Assembly (NCBI GenBank): GCA_028870995.1
Contig: JAGWOI010000008.1
Location: 3,468-67,467, forward strand
Origin: Candidatus Omnitrophota bacterium
GTDB taxonomy: Bacteria; Omnitrophota; Gorgyraeia; Zapsychrales; Fredricksoniimonadaceae
DNA length: 64,000 nt
Direction: 5' to 3'
The notes beneath the pieces are model-generated. The model was given only the letters and a program-made list of their open reading frames with translations, searched no databases and was not told the origin of the DNA. Shown in pieces: positions 9,793 through 18,394 of this stretch (positions within the stretch are counted from its first letter, which is position 1; every line of letters starts with the position of its first letter). Position numbers and translations under genes: made by a program.

Positions 9793-10719
9793 ATGCATCG
9801 TAATTCCAGGATATTTATCGTCGGACACAACGACAGCATTGAAAATTCCCTTAAAAGTTATTTTCAAGCCAAGGGCTTTCGCCATGCTGTTTCCAATACC
9901 CAGGACCGCATTAATGTGCTGGACCAGCTGCAGGTGGAGAAATTTTTTAAGAGTTTCCGGCCGGAATATGTTTTTTTAGGCTCCGTTCGTTCCGGCGGCA
10001 TTATCGCCAACCAAAAATTCCCGGCGGAATTTATTTATGAAAACCTGCAGGCGCAGAGTTTGGTCATTGACGCCGCCCGGGTGGCTCAGGCTAAAAAGTT
10101 ATTATATTTTTCCAGTTCTTGCGCCTACCCGGCCCTGGCCAAACAACCGATCCGGGAAACGTCTTTATTGACGGGAGCGCTGGAATCTACCAGCGAGGCC
10201 TATGCCGTCGCCAAAATAGCCGGCATTAAAATGTGCCAGGCCTACCGCGCCCAATACGGTTTTAAGTCCGTTGTGGCGGTGCCGGCCACGCTTTACGGTC
10301 CGGGCAGCGACACGGACATGGAATCCGCCCATGTGCTGGGTGCCTTGACGGCTAAATTCCATAAGGCCGCCGCCGAAGGCAACGGCGAGGTGGCGGTTTG
10401 GGGTTCAGGCCGTCCCCGGAGGGAATTCCTTTATGTGGACGACTTTGTCAGCGCCTGTGTGTTTTTAATGGAAAAGTACGACGGGCAGGAACCTGTCAAT
10501 ATCGGCTGCGGTCATGATGTGCCCATCAGGCGATTGGCCCAAATGCTCAAGAAGGTCAGCGGCTTCAAGGGGAAGATCATCTTCGATGCCTCCAAACCCG
10601 ACGGGGTGATGCGTAAACTTCTGGACAGCAGCCGCCTGCGCAGGCTGGGCTGGAGGGCGAAGGTGGGTCTGGAAGAAGGCATTGAAAAAACCTACCGCTG
10701 GTATGTAAAAAATTTATGA
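9793..10719 (+). CDS. GDP-L-fucose synthase family (Fcl/WcaG-like) sugar-nucleotide 3,5-epimerase/4-reductase
   Basis: 'YFSSSCAYPALAKQPIRETSLLTGALESTSEAYAVAKIAGIKMCQAYRAQYG...ATLYGPGSD' aligns with Fcl, and the catalytic S/C/Y/K residues are retained. The N-terminal Gly-rich NADP motif is degenerate ('IFIVGHNDSIENS'). Confidence 0.75.
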   Translation: MHRNSRIFIVGHNDSIENSLKSYFQAKGFRHAVSNTQDRINVLDQLQVEKFFKSFRPEYVFLGSVRSGGIIANQKFPAEFIYENLQAQSLVIDAARVAQAKKLLYFSSSCAYPALAKQPIRETSLLTGALESTSEAYAVAKIAGIKMCQAYRAQYGFKSVVAVPATLYGPGSDTDMESAHVLGALTAKFHKAAAEGNGEVAVWGSGRPRREFLYVDDFVSACVFLMEKYDGQEPVNIGCGHDVPIRRLAQMLKKVSGFKGKIIFDASKPDGVMRKLLDSSRLRRLGWRAKVGLEEGIEKTYRWYVKNL

Positions 10720-11939
10720 GCATCAGGCGCAAATGGCTGTGGGGACTGCTCGCAGCGGTCGTTTTTACCGGGCTTTTAGGCAGGTATTTGGACAGGGTGC
10801 CCAAACGGCATTATTGCGATTTTCGCGTGTATCATCATGCGTCCGTAAGGATGGCGGCCGGGGAGGACATTTATGTCCGCGATACCATGGCGGTAACACC
10901 GTTTAAGTATTCGCCTTTTTTTGCTTTTTGTTTTATTCCCTTAGGGCTTTTGCCCATCAAAATTGCCGCGGGCCTGTTTTTTGCTCTTAATTTTATTCTG
11001 ACCATCGTTTTATTCCGCCTGGCGGCGGATATTGCTGAAGTAAGGGCCGCCGCGGCCCGGGCCGGCGCCCTGCCGCTGCTTTACGGGTTGGCGGTTTTAT
11101 TTTCAGCAAGGTTTATTTTCCTGGTCTGGGATTCAGGCCAGGTCAATATTTTAATGTGTGTCCTGGTGCTGGCCGGTTTGATGTTGGTCTCCAAGGGTAA
11201 GGATATGCCGGCAGGGGCCTGCCTGGCCGCAGCCATATTGATTAAATATGTACCGGCCGTTTTCTTGCCGTACCTGCTTCTTCAGAAAAAGTTTAAAGCG
11301 GTTGCGTGGACCTTGGCTTTTTTGGTCATTGGACTTGTATTGCCGTCGATGGTGGTGGGAGTCCAGAAAGACATTTCTTATTTGGGCTCATGGCTGCCCT
11401 TTATTACGCAAACGTCGCTGGACAAATTATCATATATCGACATCAAAAACCAATCCTTGTTTTCGATGGTCATCCGGTCCTTCAGCGCCAGCGGCATGGG
11501 CGTCAACATCATGCATTTGAGTTTTGAGCAGGGAAAGATCCTGGGGATTGCCATTTCAGCGCTGCTTTATGCGCTGGTGTTGGTTAAGGGGAAAAGACAA
11601 CCGGGACAGGCGGGGCTTGATGCGGCCCTGCTTTTTTGCTTTATGGCTCTTTTTAATCCCAATGGGTGGGAGCTGAACTTTGTGGCTTTGGGATTGCCGT
11701 ATATATTATTGATTGGATATTTAATTGAGGTAAAATGGAAAGACTCCTTTGTGACAATGAGCGTTATAATGGCAGCGGTGCTAAGCTCTGTTTTTGCCAG
11801 GGACGTCCTCGGCAAGGTCATGGAGAATGACAGCAATCTATGCAGCAATGTAACGATCGCGACGTTGCTTTTAATTGCCGCATTGTTTCAACTTAAATTT
11901 CTAAAGATTAAATCTATTAATGGAAAGGAAGTAGTATGA
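10716..11939 (+). CDS. Polytopic membrane protein, DUF2029/GT87-like putative glycosyltransferase
   Basis: It has at least 9 predicted TM helices. The N-terminal loop 'DFRVYHHASVRMAAGEDIY...PFKYSPFFA' is similar to DUF2029 (GT87 mannosyltransferase-like) proteins. Confidence 0.5.
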   Translation: MSIRRKWLWGLLAAVVFTGLLGRYLDRVPKRHYCDFRVYHHASVRMAAGEDIYVRDTMAVTPFKYSPFFAFCFIPLGLLPIKIAAGLFFALNFILTIVLFRLAADIAEVRAAAARAGALPLLYGLAVLFSARFIFLVWDSGQVNILMCVLVLAGLMLVSKGKDMPAGACLAAAILIKYVPAVFLPYLLLQKKFKAVAWTLAFLVIGLVLPSMVVGVQKDISYLGSWLPFITQTSLDKLSYIDIKNQSLFSMVIRSFSASGMGVNIMHLSFEQGKILGIAISALLYALVLVKGKRQPGQAGLDAALLFCFMALFNPNGWELNFVALGLPYILLIGYLIEVKWKDSFVTMSVIMAAVLSSVFARDVLGKVMENDSNLCSNVTIATLLLIAALFQLKFLKIKSINGKEVV

Positions 11940-12868
11940 AGATTTTAGTGACAGGAGCAGCAGGGTATATCGGTTCCATTTTGGTGCCGCGTCTGTTGGC
12001 CGAAGGGCATGAAGTCATTGCACTTGACAACTTTATGTACAACCAATCTTCTTTGCTGGATGTCTGTTACCATGACCGCCTGACCATCGTGCGGGGCGAC
12101 ACCCGTGACAAGGCCCTGATGACCCGGCTCATGAAGGACGCCGACGCTATTTTTCCTCTGGCCTGCCTGACCGGGGCGCCTCTATGCGCCAAGGATCCCG
12201 TCGGTGCACAGACCATCCTGCTGGATGCCGTCAACATGATCCTGCAGTTGCGAAGCCGGGATCAAAGGGTCATTTTTCCCACCACCAACAGCGGCTACGG
12301 GATCGGGGAGAAAGGCAAGCACTGCACGGAAGAAACCCCGTTACGCCCCATTTCCTTGTACGGGAAATTAAAAGTCGAAGCGGAGAACGCCATCCTCTCT
12401 GCCGGCAACGGGATAACCCTTCGCCTGGCCACGGCTTTTGGGGTTTCCCCGCGCATGCGCCTGGATCTCTTGGTCAATGATTTCACCTACCGGGCCGTGT
12501 ACGACCGGTTCGTGATCCTGTTCGAGGCCCATTTCAACCGCAATTACATCCACGTGCGGGACATCGCCAAGGCTTTTATCCACGCGTTGAATAATTTTGA
12601 CAAGATGAAGAACCAACCCTATAATGTCGGCTTAAGCGACGCTAATTTAACCAAACTGCAATTATGCCAGGAAATTAAAAAACTCGTCCCCGATTTTTAT
12701 TTTGTGGAAGCCACCATCGGCGAGGACCCCGATAAGCGTGACTACATCGTCAGTAACGAAAAGATCGAAAAGACCGGCTTCAAACCTGATGTTTCCCTTC
12801 AAAAAGGTCTACAGGAATTGATCAAAGGGTATCAAGTCATCAAGCGTAACCAATTTGCCAATATTTAA
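11936..12868 (+). CDS. NAD-dependent epimerase/dehydratase (extended SDR)
   Basis: 'MKILVTGAAGYIGSILV' is a Rossmann motif and YxxxK is 'YGKLK'. It sits inside the glycan cluster. Confidence 0.75.
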   Translation: MKILVTGAAGYIGSILVPRLLAEGHEVIALDNFMYNQSSLLDVCYHDRLTIVRGDTRDKALMTRLMKDADAIFPLACLTGAPLCAKDPVGAQTILLDAVNMILQLRSRDQRVIFPTTNSGYGIGEKGKHCTEETPLRPISLYGKLKVEAENAILSAGNGITLRLATAFGVSPRMRLDLLVNDFTYRAVYDRFVILFEAHFNRNYIHVRDIAKAFIHALNNFDKMKNQPYNVGLSDANLTKLQLCQEIKKLVPDFYFVEATIGEDPDKRDYIVSNEKIEKTGFKPDVSLQKGLQELIKGYQVIKRNQFANI

Positions 12869-12874
12869 AAGCCT

Positions 12875-14389
12875 ATGAAACAGCTCGATGTTTTGTTTGT
12901 GCACGCCAACGCTTCCCGGCGGATCTACCAGGACCTGGCCAAGGACTTCTCCGCCATCGAGCCGCCCATCTGGGCGGGATTGCTGGCCGGTCATTGCCGG
13001 CTGAAAGGGTTTTCCGTCGATATTTTGGATTGCGAAGCCCTGCATCTGGATGAGGAGCAGTCCGCCAACAGCATAGCGCAGGCCAAGGCCCGCTTGGTCT
13101 GTTTTGTGGTTTACGGGCAGCAGCCTTCGGCCAGCTCCCAGAACATGGCCGGGGCAACCAGCCTGGCGGAGGCTGCCGAAAAGCTTGCCCCTGAATCGAA
13201 GATCATTTTTGTCGGCGGTCATGTGGCGGCCCTGCCGCGGGAGGTACTGGAGCGGCATCAGGCCATCGATTTTGTCTGCCAGAACGAAGGCGTTTACACC
13301 ATTTCCAATTTATTGAAGACCAACCTCAACGATCAATTGGACAAGGTGGACGGTCTTGGTTTTCGTCAGGGGGCGCAAATTATGTTGAACAGGCCTTCGC
13401 CCATCGTGGCCAAGGCCGATCTGCCCCGCGAGATGCCAGGTGTCGCCTGGGACCTGTTGCCGTCGGCCAATTACCGCACCTCGCTTTGGCATTCCTATCC
13501 GAATAATTCCATACGCCAGCCTTTCGCGGCCCTGTACACGTCCTTAGGCTGCCCCATGCGTTGTTCCTTTTGCATGATCAATATCATCAACCGCCAGGAG
13601 AATGAGTTTTCCGACGGTTCGGCGGTGTTCCGCTACTGGGAGCCGGATCATATCATCCAACAATTCGATTATTTTGCCTCCCAAGGCATCACCAATATCA
13701 AGATCGCCGATGAGCTTTTTGTGCTCAGAAGCGACCATTTCCTGAAACTCTGCGAGCTGATCATCCAGCGCGGGTATAAATTCAACATCTGGTGTTATTC
13801 CCGCGTGGACACGGTCAAGGACCAGTACCTGGCCACCCTTAAGAAAGCCGGGGTCAATTGGCTGGCCCTGGGGATCGAAAGCGGCGTCTCCAAGGTGCGT
13901 AAGGACGTCACCAAGGGGCGCTTTGAAGATGTGGATATCCGCGGCGTTGTCGCCAAGATCCGCGAGCACGGCATCAATGTCATCGGCAACTATATTTTCG
14001 GCCTGCCGGAGGATGACTTAAGCAGCATGCAGATGACCCTTGACCTGGCCATGGAGATGAATACCGAGGAGGCCAATTTCTATTCGGCCATGGCTTATCC
14101 GGGTTCACCCCTGCACGGCCTGGCCCGCAAGGAGGGCTGGAAATTGCCGTCAAGCTACGCCGGTTTCTCCCAGCATTCCTATGAATGCCAGCCCCTGCCG
14201 ACCAAGCATTTGACCGCCCAGCAGGTCCTGGCCTTCAGGGATGAGGCCTGGATGAAGTACCACACCAGCGGCAAGTTTTTGGATCTCCTGAAACAGAAAT
14301 TCGGCCAGGCGGCTGTGGATGAGACGGTCAAATCCACTAAAATCAAATTAAAACGTAAAATCCTAGAAGAGGCTTCTATCGCTCCATGA
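12875..14389 (+). CDS. B12-binding radical SAM enzyme (class B; putative sugar C-methyltransferase or radical modifier)
   Basis: It has an N-terminal cobalamin-binding-like domain. The radical SAM motif is 'CPMRCSFC' (CxxxCxxC). The length is 504 aa. Confidence 0.8.
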   Translation: MKQLDVLFVHANASRRIYQDLAKDFSAIEPPIWAGLLAGHCRLKGFSVDILDCEALHLDEEQSANSIAQAKARLVCFVVYGQQPSASSQNMAGATSLAEAAEKLAPESKIIFVGGHVAALPREVLERHQAIDFVCQNEGVYTISNLLKTNLNDQLDKVDGLGFRQGAQIMLNRPSPIVAKADLPREMPGVAWDLLPSANYRTSLWHSYPNNSIRQPFAALYTSLGCPMRCSFCMINIINRQENEFSDGSAVFRYWEPDHIIQQFDYFASQGITNIKIADELFVLRSDHFLKLCELIIQRGYKFNIWCYSRVDTVKDQYLATLKKAGVNWLALGIESGVSKVRKDVTKGRFEDVDIRGVVAKIREHGINVIGNYIFGLPEDDLSSMQMTLDLAMEMNTEEANFYSAMAYPGSPLHGLARKEGWKLPSSYAGFSQHSYECQPLPTKHLTAQQVLAFRDEAWMKYHTSGKFLDLLKQKFGQAAVDETVKSTKIKLKRKILEEASIAP

Positions 14390-15369
14390 TCATTTCGCGT
14401 ACCCCTTTCCGTGTGTCCTTTTTCGGCGGAGGCACGGATTACAACGGCTGGTTCCAGGACCATAACGGCGCTGTCCTGGCTACCACCATCGATAAATATT
14501 GCTATATTACCTGTCGTTACCTGCCGCCTTTTTTCGAACATAAATCCCGCATCATCTATTCGGTGATGGAACATGTCAAGGAATCCATTGATGAGATCAA
14601 TCACCCTTCGGTGCGGGAATGCCTGCGGTTTTTAAGGATCAATGAAGGTGTCGAGATCCACCACGACGGCGACTTGCCGGCAAGGACCGGCTTGGGATCA
14701 AGCTCGGCCTTTACCGTTGGCCTGCTCAACAGCCTGTATGCCCTCAAGGGGCAGATGGTCAGCAAGGAGAGGTTGGCCAAGGAAGCCATCCATGTGGAAC
14801 AAAGCATGATCAAGGAAAATGTCGGCTGCCAGGACCAGATGCAGGCGGCCCATGGCGGGTTTAATTTGATCGAATTCGGGGGGTCCAATCACCTGCGTGT
14901 GGTGCCGATGACCCTTCCGGCGGAAAAAATGGAACGCCTTCAGGATCATTTGATGCTGTTTTTCTCCGGTTTTTCACGCAATGCTTCCACCATCGCCAAG
15001 GCCCAGATCGACAACATCCCGCAGAAGAAGGTGGAGTTGAGCCGCATGCATGAGATGGTCCATGAGGCGGTCGAGGTCTTAAATGGCAATGACTTGTTGA
15101 AATTCGGCCGGCTGCTGGATGAAAGCTGGAAGCTTAAGCGCACCTTGTCCGATAAGATCTCCAGTCCTTACATTGATGAGCTGTATGCCACGGCCTTCAA
15201 AAACGGCGCCATCGGGGGTAAATTGCTGGGGGCGGGAGGCGGCGGATTCGTGTTGTTTTTCGCCGAGCCTTCCCGGCAGCCTAAAATACGCCAGGCGCTC
15301 AAAAACCTTCTCGAAGTTCCTTTTAAATTCGAAAATTTGGGCACGCAGGTTATCGTTTACCAACCATAA
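14386..15369 (+). CDS. GHMP-family sugar kinase, D-glycero-D-manno-heptose 7-phosphate kinase (HddA)-like
   Basis: The N-terminus 'RTPFRVSFFGGGTDYNGW' is present. The GHMP motif is 'PARTGLGSSSAFTVGLL'. The C-terminal motif is 'GGKLLGAGGGGF'. Confidence 0.75.
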   Translation: MIISRTPFRVSFFGGGTDYNGWFQDHNGAVLATTIDKYCYITCRYLPPFFEHKSRIIYSVMEHVKESIDEINHPSVRECLRFLRINEGVEIHHDGDLPARTGLGSSSAFTVGLLNSLYALKGQMVSKERLAKEAIHVEQSMIKENVGCQDQMQAAHGGFNLIEFGGSNHLRVVPMTLPAEKMERLQDHLMLFFSGFSRNASTIAKAQIDNIPQKKVELSRMHEMVHEAVEVLNGNDLLKFGRLLDESWKLKRTLSDKISSPYIDELYATAFKNGAIGGKLLGAGGGGFVLFFAEPSRQPKIRQALKNLLEVPFKFENLGTQVIVYQP

Positions 15370-15386
15370 CGGGAAATAGGAAGGAT

Positions 15387-16115
15387 ATGAGCGAAACTTT
15401 TCCAGATGTGGTGATTCTTGCCGGAGGATTGGGCAAGCGCTTGCAGTCGGTCACCGGCGGCAGGCAGAAAGTTTTGGCCCAAATCAACGGCCGGCCTTTC
15501 CTGGAGATCCTTATTGATTATATCGCCTCCCAGGGCGGCAGGCGCTTTATCCTCTGTGTCGGCCACGGGGGGCACGAGGTGGCTGCGCACTTTCTCCACA
15601 AACACCATAATGACCGGGAGATTGTTCTTTCCGTGGAAGAATCCCCTCTGGGCACCGGCGGCGCCATCAAGGAAGGGGCACGGCATGTTAAGACCGGCCG
15701 CTTCCTGGCCATGAACGGCGATTGTTTCTGCGTGATCGACTACCGGCGCTTGATCAAATTCCACCACGAGCACCGGTCCAAAGCCACCCTGGCGGTGACC
15801 TTGATGCCTGAGCCCCAAGATTATGGGACCATTGAAGTGGCCAAGACCGGCGCCATCGAGGCTTTTAAAGAAAAGCAGCCCTTGGCTGCGGCCGCTTTTA
15901 TCAACACCGGCACCTATTGTTTTGATCGCGATATTTTTTCTCTTGTGGATACGCCGGATAAATTTTCGATTGAATATGATTTTTTCCCGCATTTGGTGGG
16001 AAAAGGATTTTATGCCTTTGAAGTGGAAAACCGTTTCATCGACATCGGCACCCCGGAAAGGTATTCCTGGGCCCAACAGCATTTGGGAACATTAAGAGGC
16101 GACCATGGATTTTAA
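15387..16115 (+). CDS. Sugar-1-phosphate nucleotidyltransferase, HddC-like (heptose-1-P guanylyltransferase candidate)
   Basis: 'VVILAGGLGKRLQSVTGGRQKVLAQINGRPFLE' is an NTP_transferase motif. It lies adjacent to the HddA-like kinase. Confidence 0.75.
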   Translation: MSETFPDVVILAGGLGKRLQSVTGGRQKVLAQINGRPFLEILIDYIASQGGRRFILCVGHGGHEVAAHFLHKHHNDREIVLSVEESPLGTGGAIKEGARHVKTGRFLAMNGDCFCVIDYRRLIKFHHEHRSKATLAVTLMPEPQDYGTIEVAKTGAIEAFKEKQPLAAAAFINTGTYCFDRDIFSLVDTPDKFSIEYDFFPHLVGKGFYAFEVENRFIDIGTPERYSWAQQHLGTLRGDHGF

Positions 16116-17292
16116 TAAAACGACAGCCATCAAAGACGGCCAGGAAGCGGCTAAATCATCCTATAAAGTCCCTTTCGGAACCGTGTCCATTACACCTTAC
16201 GCCCAAGAACTGATCAATAAGGCCATTGAGCGCCGGTGGCTGACCAAGGGCCAATATGTCAAGGAATTCGAAGAGAAGTTTGCCGCTCTTTTCGGCGTCA
16301 AATACGGCATCGCGGTTTCCAGCGGCACGGACGCGGACGCGATCGCCTGCGCTGTGCTTTATGACTTCGGCGCCCGAAGGGGGGACGAGATCATTGTGCC
16401 GGCCCTGACCTTTGTGGCGACAGGCAACGCCGTGCTGCAGGCGGGGTTTACGCCGGTTTTTGTCGATGTCAAGCGGGAGACCCTTAACATCGATCCCGAA
16501 AAAATCGAGAAGGCCATTACGCCCCGCACCCGCGCCATCATGCCCGTACATTTGATGGGCAAGCCCGCGGCCATGGATGAAATTTTGGGCATCGCTCAAA
16601 AGCACGATCTCCATGTGATCGAAGATGCGGCCGAAGCCCACGGCGCGGAATATAAAGGCCGTAAGATCGGCGCCATGGGGGACATGGCCTGCTTTTCGTT
16701 ATACGCCGCGCATATCGTCACCACCATCGAGGGCGGCATGCTCATTACGAACAACGAACGGATGGCTGAGGCGGCGCGGTCCTTGCGCAATCACGGCATT
16801 GACGGAAAATTCCAATTCAAACGCATCGGCTTCTCCGCCAAGATGAACGAGATCGAAGCGGCGGTGGGGTTGGGCAATATCCGGATTTTCCATGACATCC
16901 TTGAAAAGCGCCGGGCCAACGTGCGCCACCTCATCAAGGCTTTCAAGAAATTCGACGATTATTTTTGGTACCTGAAAGAAGACAGGGACGAAGTGTTGGG
17001 TCCGCATGCCTTCTCCCTCATCCTAAAGCCAGGCCTTAATTTCACCAAAAACGAGTTTGTCACGTATTTGGAAAAACAGGGCGTTGATTCGCGCAACCTG
17101 TTTTATTCCATCCCCACTCAAACCGCCAGTTATGAATTCATGGGCCACGAAAAGGGCGATTTTCCTGAAGCCGAATACTGCTCCGACCACGGCACCCACA
17201 TCGGCTGCCATCAGGATGTCGGCATCGGGCAAATGGACCATATCATCGCAACGGTCGAAGGATTCCTCAAAGCTAAAGGGTATCGTGTCTAA
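16105..17292 (+). CDS. DegT/DnrJ/EryC1/StrS-family PLP enzyme with His in place of the Schiff-base Lys; predicted sugar 3-dehydratase (ColD/E1-like)
   Basis: The active-site segment is 'FSLYAAHIVTTIEGG'. The paralog at 23247 has 'FSFYPTKSLGACGDAG', with Lys at the aligned position. Confidence 0.65.
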   Translation: MDFNKTTAIKDGQEAAKSSYKVPFGTVSITPYAQELINKAIERRWLTKGQYVKEFEEKFAALFGVKYGIAVSSGTDADAIACAVLYDFGARRGDEIIVPALTFVATGNAVLQAGFTPVFVDVKRETLNIDPEKIEKAITPRTRAIMPVHLMGKPAAMDEILGIAQKHDLHVIEDAAEAHGAEYKGRKIGAMGDMACFSLYAAHIVTTIEGGMLITNNERMAEAARSLRNHGIDGKFQFKRIGFSAKMNEIEAAVGLGNIRIFHDILEKRRANVRHLIKAFKKFDDYFWYLKEDRDEVLGPHAFSLILKPGLNFTKNEFVTYLEKQGVDSRNLFYSIPTQTASYEFMGHEKGDFPEAEYCSDHGTHIGCHQDVGIGQMDHIIATVEGFLKAKGYRV

Positions 17293-17296
17293 GGGC

Positions 17297-18394
17297 ATGC
17301 GCATTGCCATCAATTGCAGGTCCGTTCTCATGGCCCGGCGTACGGGGATCGGACGGTATACTTACAATTTGCTTGAAAGTTTAGGCAAAATCGATAAGGC
17401 CAATGAGTATATCCTTCACGCCCCCCGGTCCTTGTTCGATTTCAAGCGCCGCCTGCCGGACTTCTCAAAATATAAGAACCTAAGGAAATATCCTGATTAT
17501 TTCAAGCGGGGGGTCAACAGGTGTGATGTTTATCATTTTCCCTGCCTGGATGATGTCAGTTCCTGTACGGGAAAGCTCATCGTCACCATCCACGATTTTG
17601 TTTATAAAACCTTTGCTCAGACACACACACCGCAGGCCGTTGAATACTTAGAAAAGCATATGCGCTTGGTGACTTCCAGGGCTGACCGCATCATTTGCAT
17701 TTCTGAGAATACCCGCAAGGACCTGCATACTTTCTTTGATATCCCCGAACACAAGTCCTGTGTTGTCTACAACGGTGTCGACCATAATAATTTTTATCCT
17801 TTGTCTGCCGCCGAGGACGGCCGGGCCGGCCATGAGCTTAGGCAGCTGGGCATTGACCGGCCTTATGTGTTGTATGTGGGCACCATTGAACCGCGCAAAA
17901 ATCTTCATGGCTTGCTAGAGAGTTTTGCGTTGCTCAAGTCGAGAAAAGCTTTTTCGGGAGTACTGGTCGTTGCCGGGATGAAGGGATGGATGATGTCTGA
18001 TGTGGGTGAAAGGATCAAGAAATTAGGAATTGAACAGGATGTAATTTTTACAGGTTTTATTAGCGACGAAACCTTACGGCTGCTTTATAATAGGGCTGAG
18101 GTTTTCGTTTTCCCTTCTTTATATGAAGGATTTGGGTTTCCTATCCTGGAGGCTTTTTGCTGCGGCACCGCGGTGGTCACCTCTTCGACGTCTTCCTGCG
18201 GTGAAGTGGCAGGGGAAGCGGCGCTGAAGACTGATCCACTGGAGCCCAAGTCCATCGCCAAGGCCATGGAACAGGTGGTGGCCGACCCGGTCCTCAAGAA
18301 ATCCCTTCGTGAGGCTGGCCTGAAGCGTGCCCGGGAGTTTTCCTTCTTAACCATGGCCCAAAGGACCCTGGATGTTTATCGAAAGATTATCTAA
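17297..18394 (+). CDS. Glycosyltransferase family 1 (GT4)
   Basis: 'EPRKNLHGLLESF' and 'FVFPSLYEGFGFPILEAFCCGTAVVTS' are present. The long ORF from 17057 is an overlap artefact, so the start is set at ATG 17297. Confidence 0.8.
   Translation: MRIAINCRSVLMARRTGIGRYTYNLLESLGKIDKANEYILHAPRSLFDFKRRLPDFSKYKNLRKYPDYFKRGVNRCDVYHFPCLDDVSSCTGKLIVTIHDFVYKTFAQTHTPQAVEYLEKHMRLVTSRADRIICISENTRKDLHTFFDIPEHKSCVVYNGVDHNNFYPLSAAEDGRAGHELRQLGIDRPYVLYVGTIEPRKNLHGLLESFALLKSRKAFSGVLVVAGMKGWMMSDVGERIKKLGIEQDVIFTGFISDETLRLLYNRAEVFVFPSLYEGFGFPILEAFCCGTAVVTSSTSSCGEVAGEAALKTDPLEPKSIAKAMEQVVADPVLKKSLREAGLKRAREFSFLTMAQRTLDVYRKII

Noticed and set aside
17057-17296. 80-residue N-terminal extension of the GT4 ORF
   Set aside because: It overlaps the 3' end of the ColD-like gene, has no homology, and the canonical GT4 N-terminus starts at the ATG at 17297.
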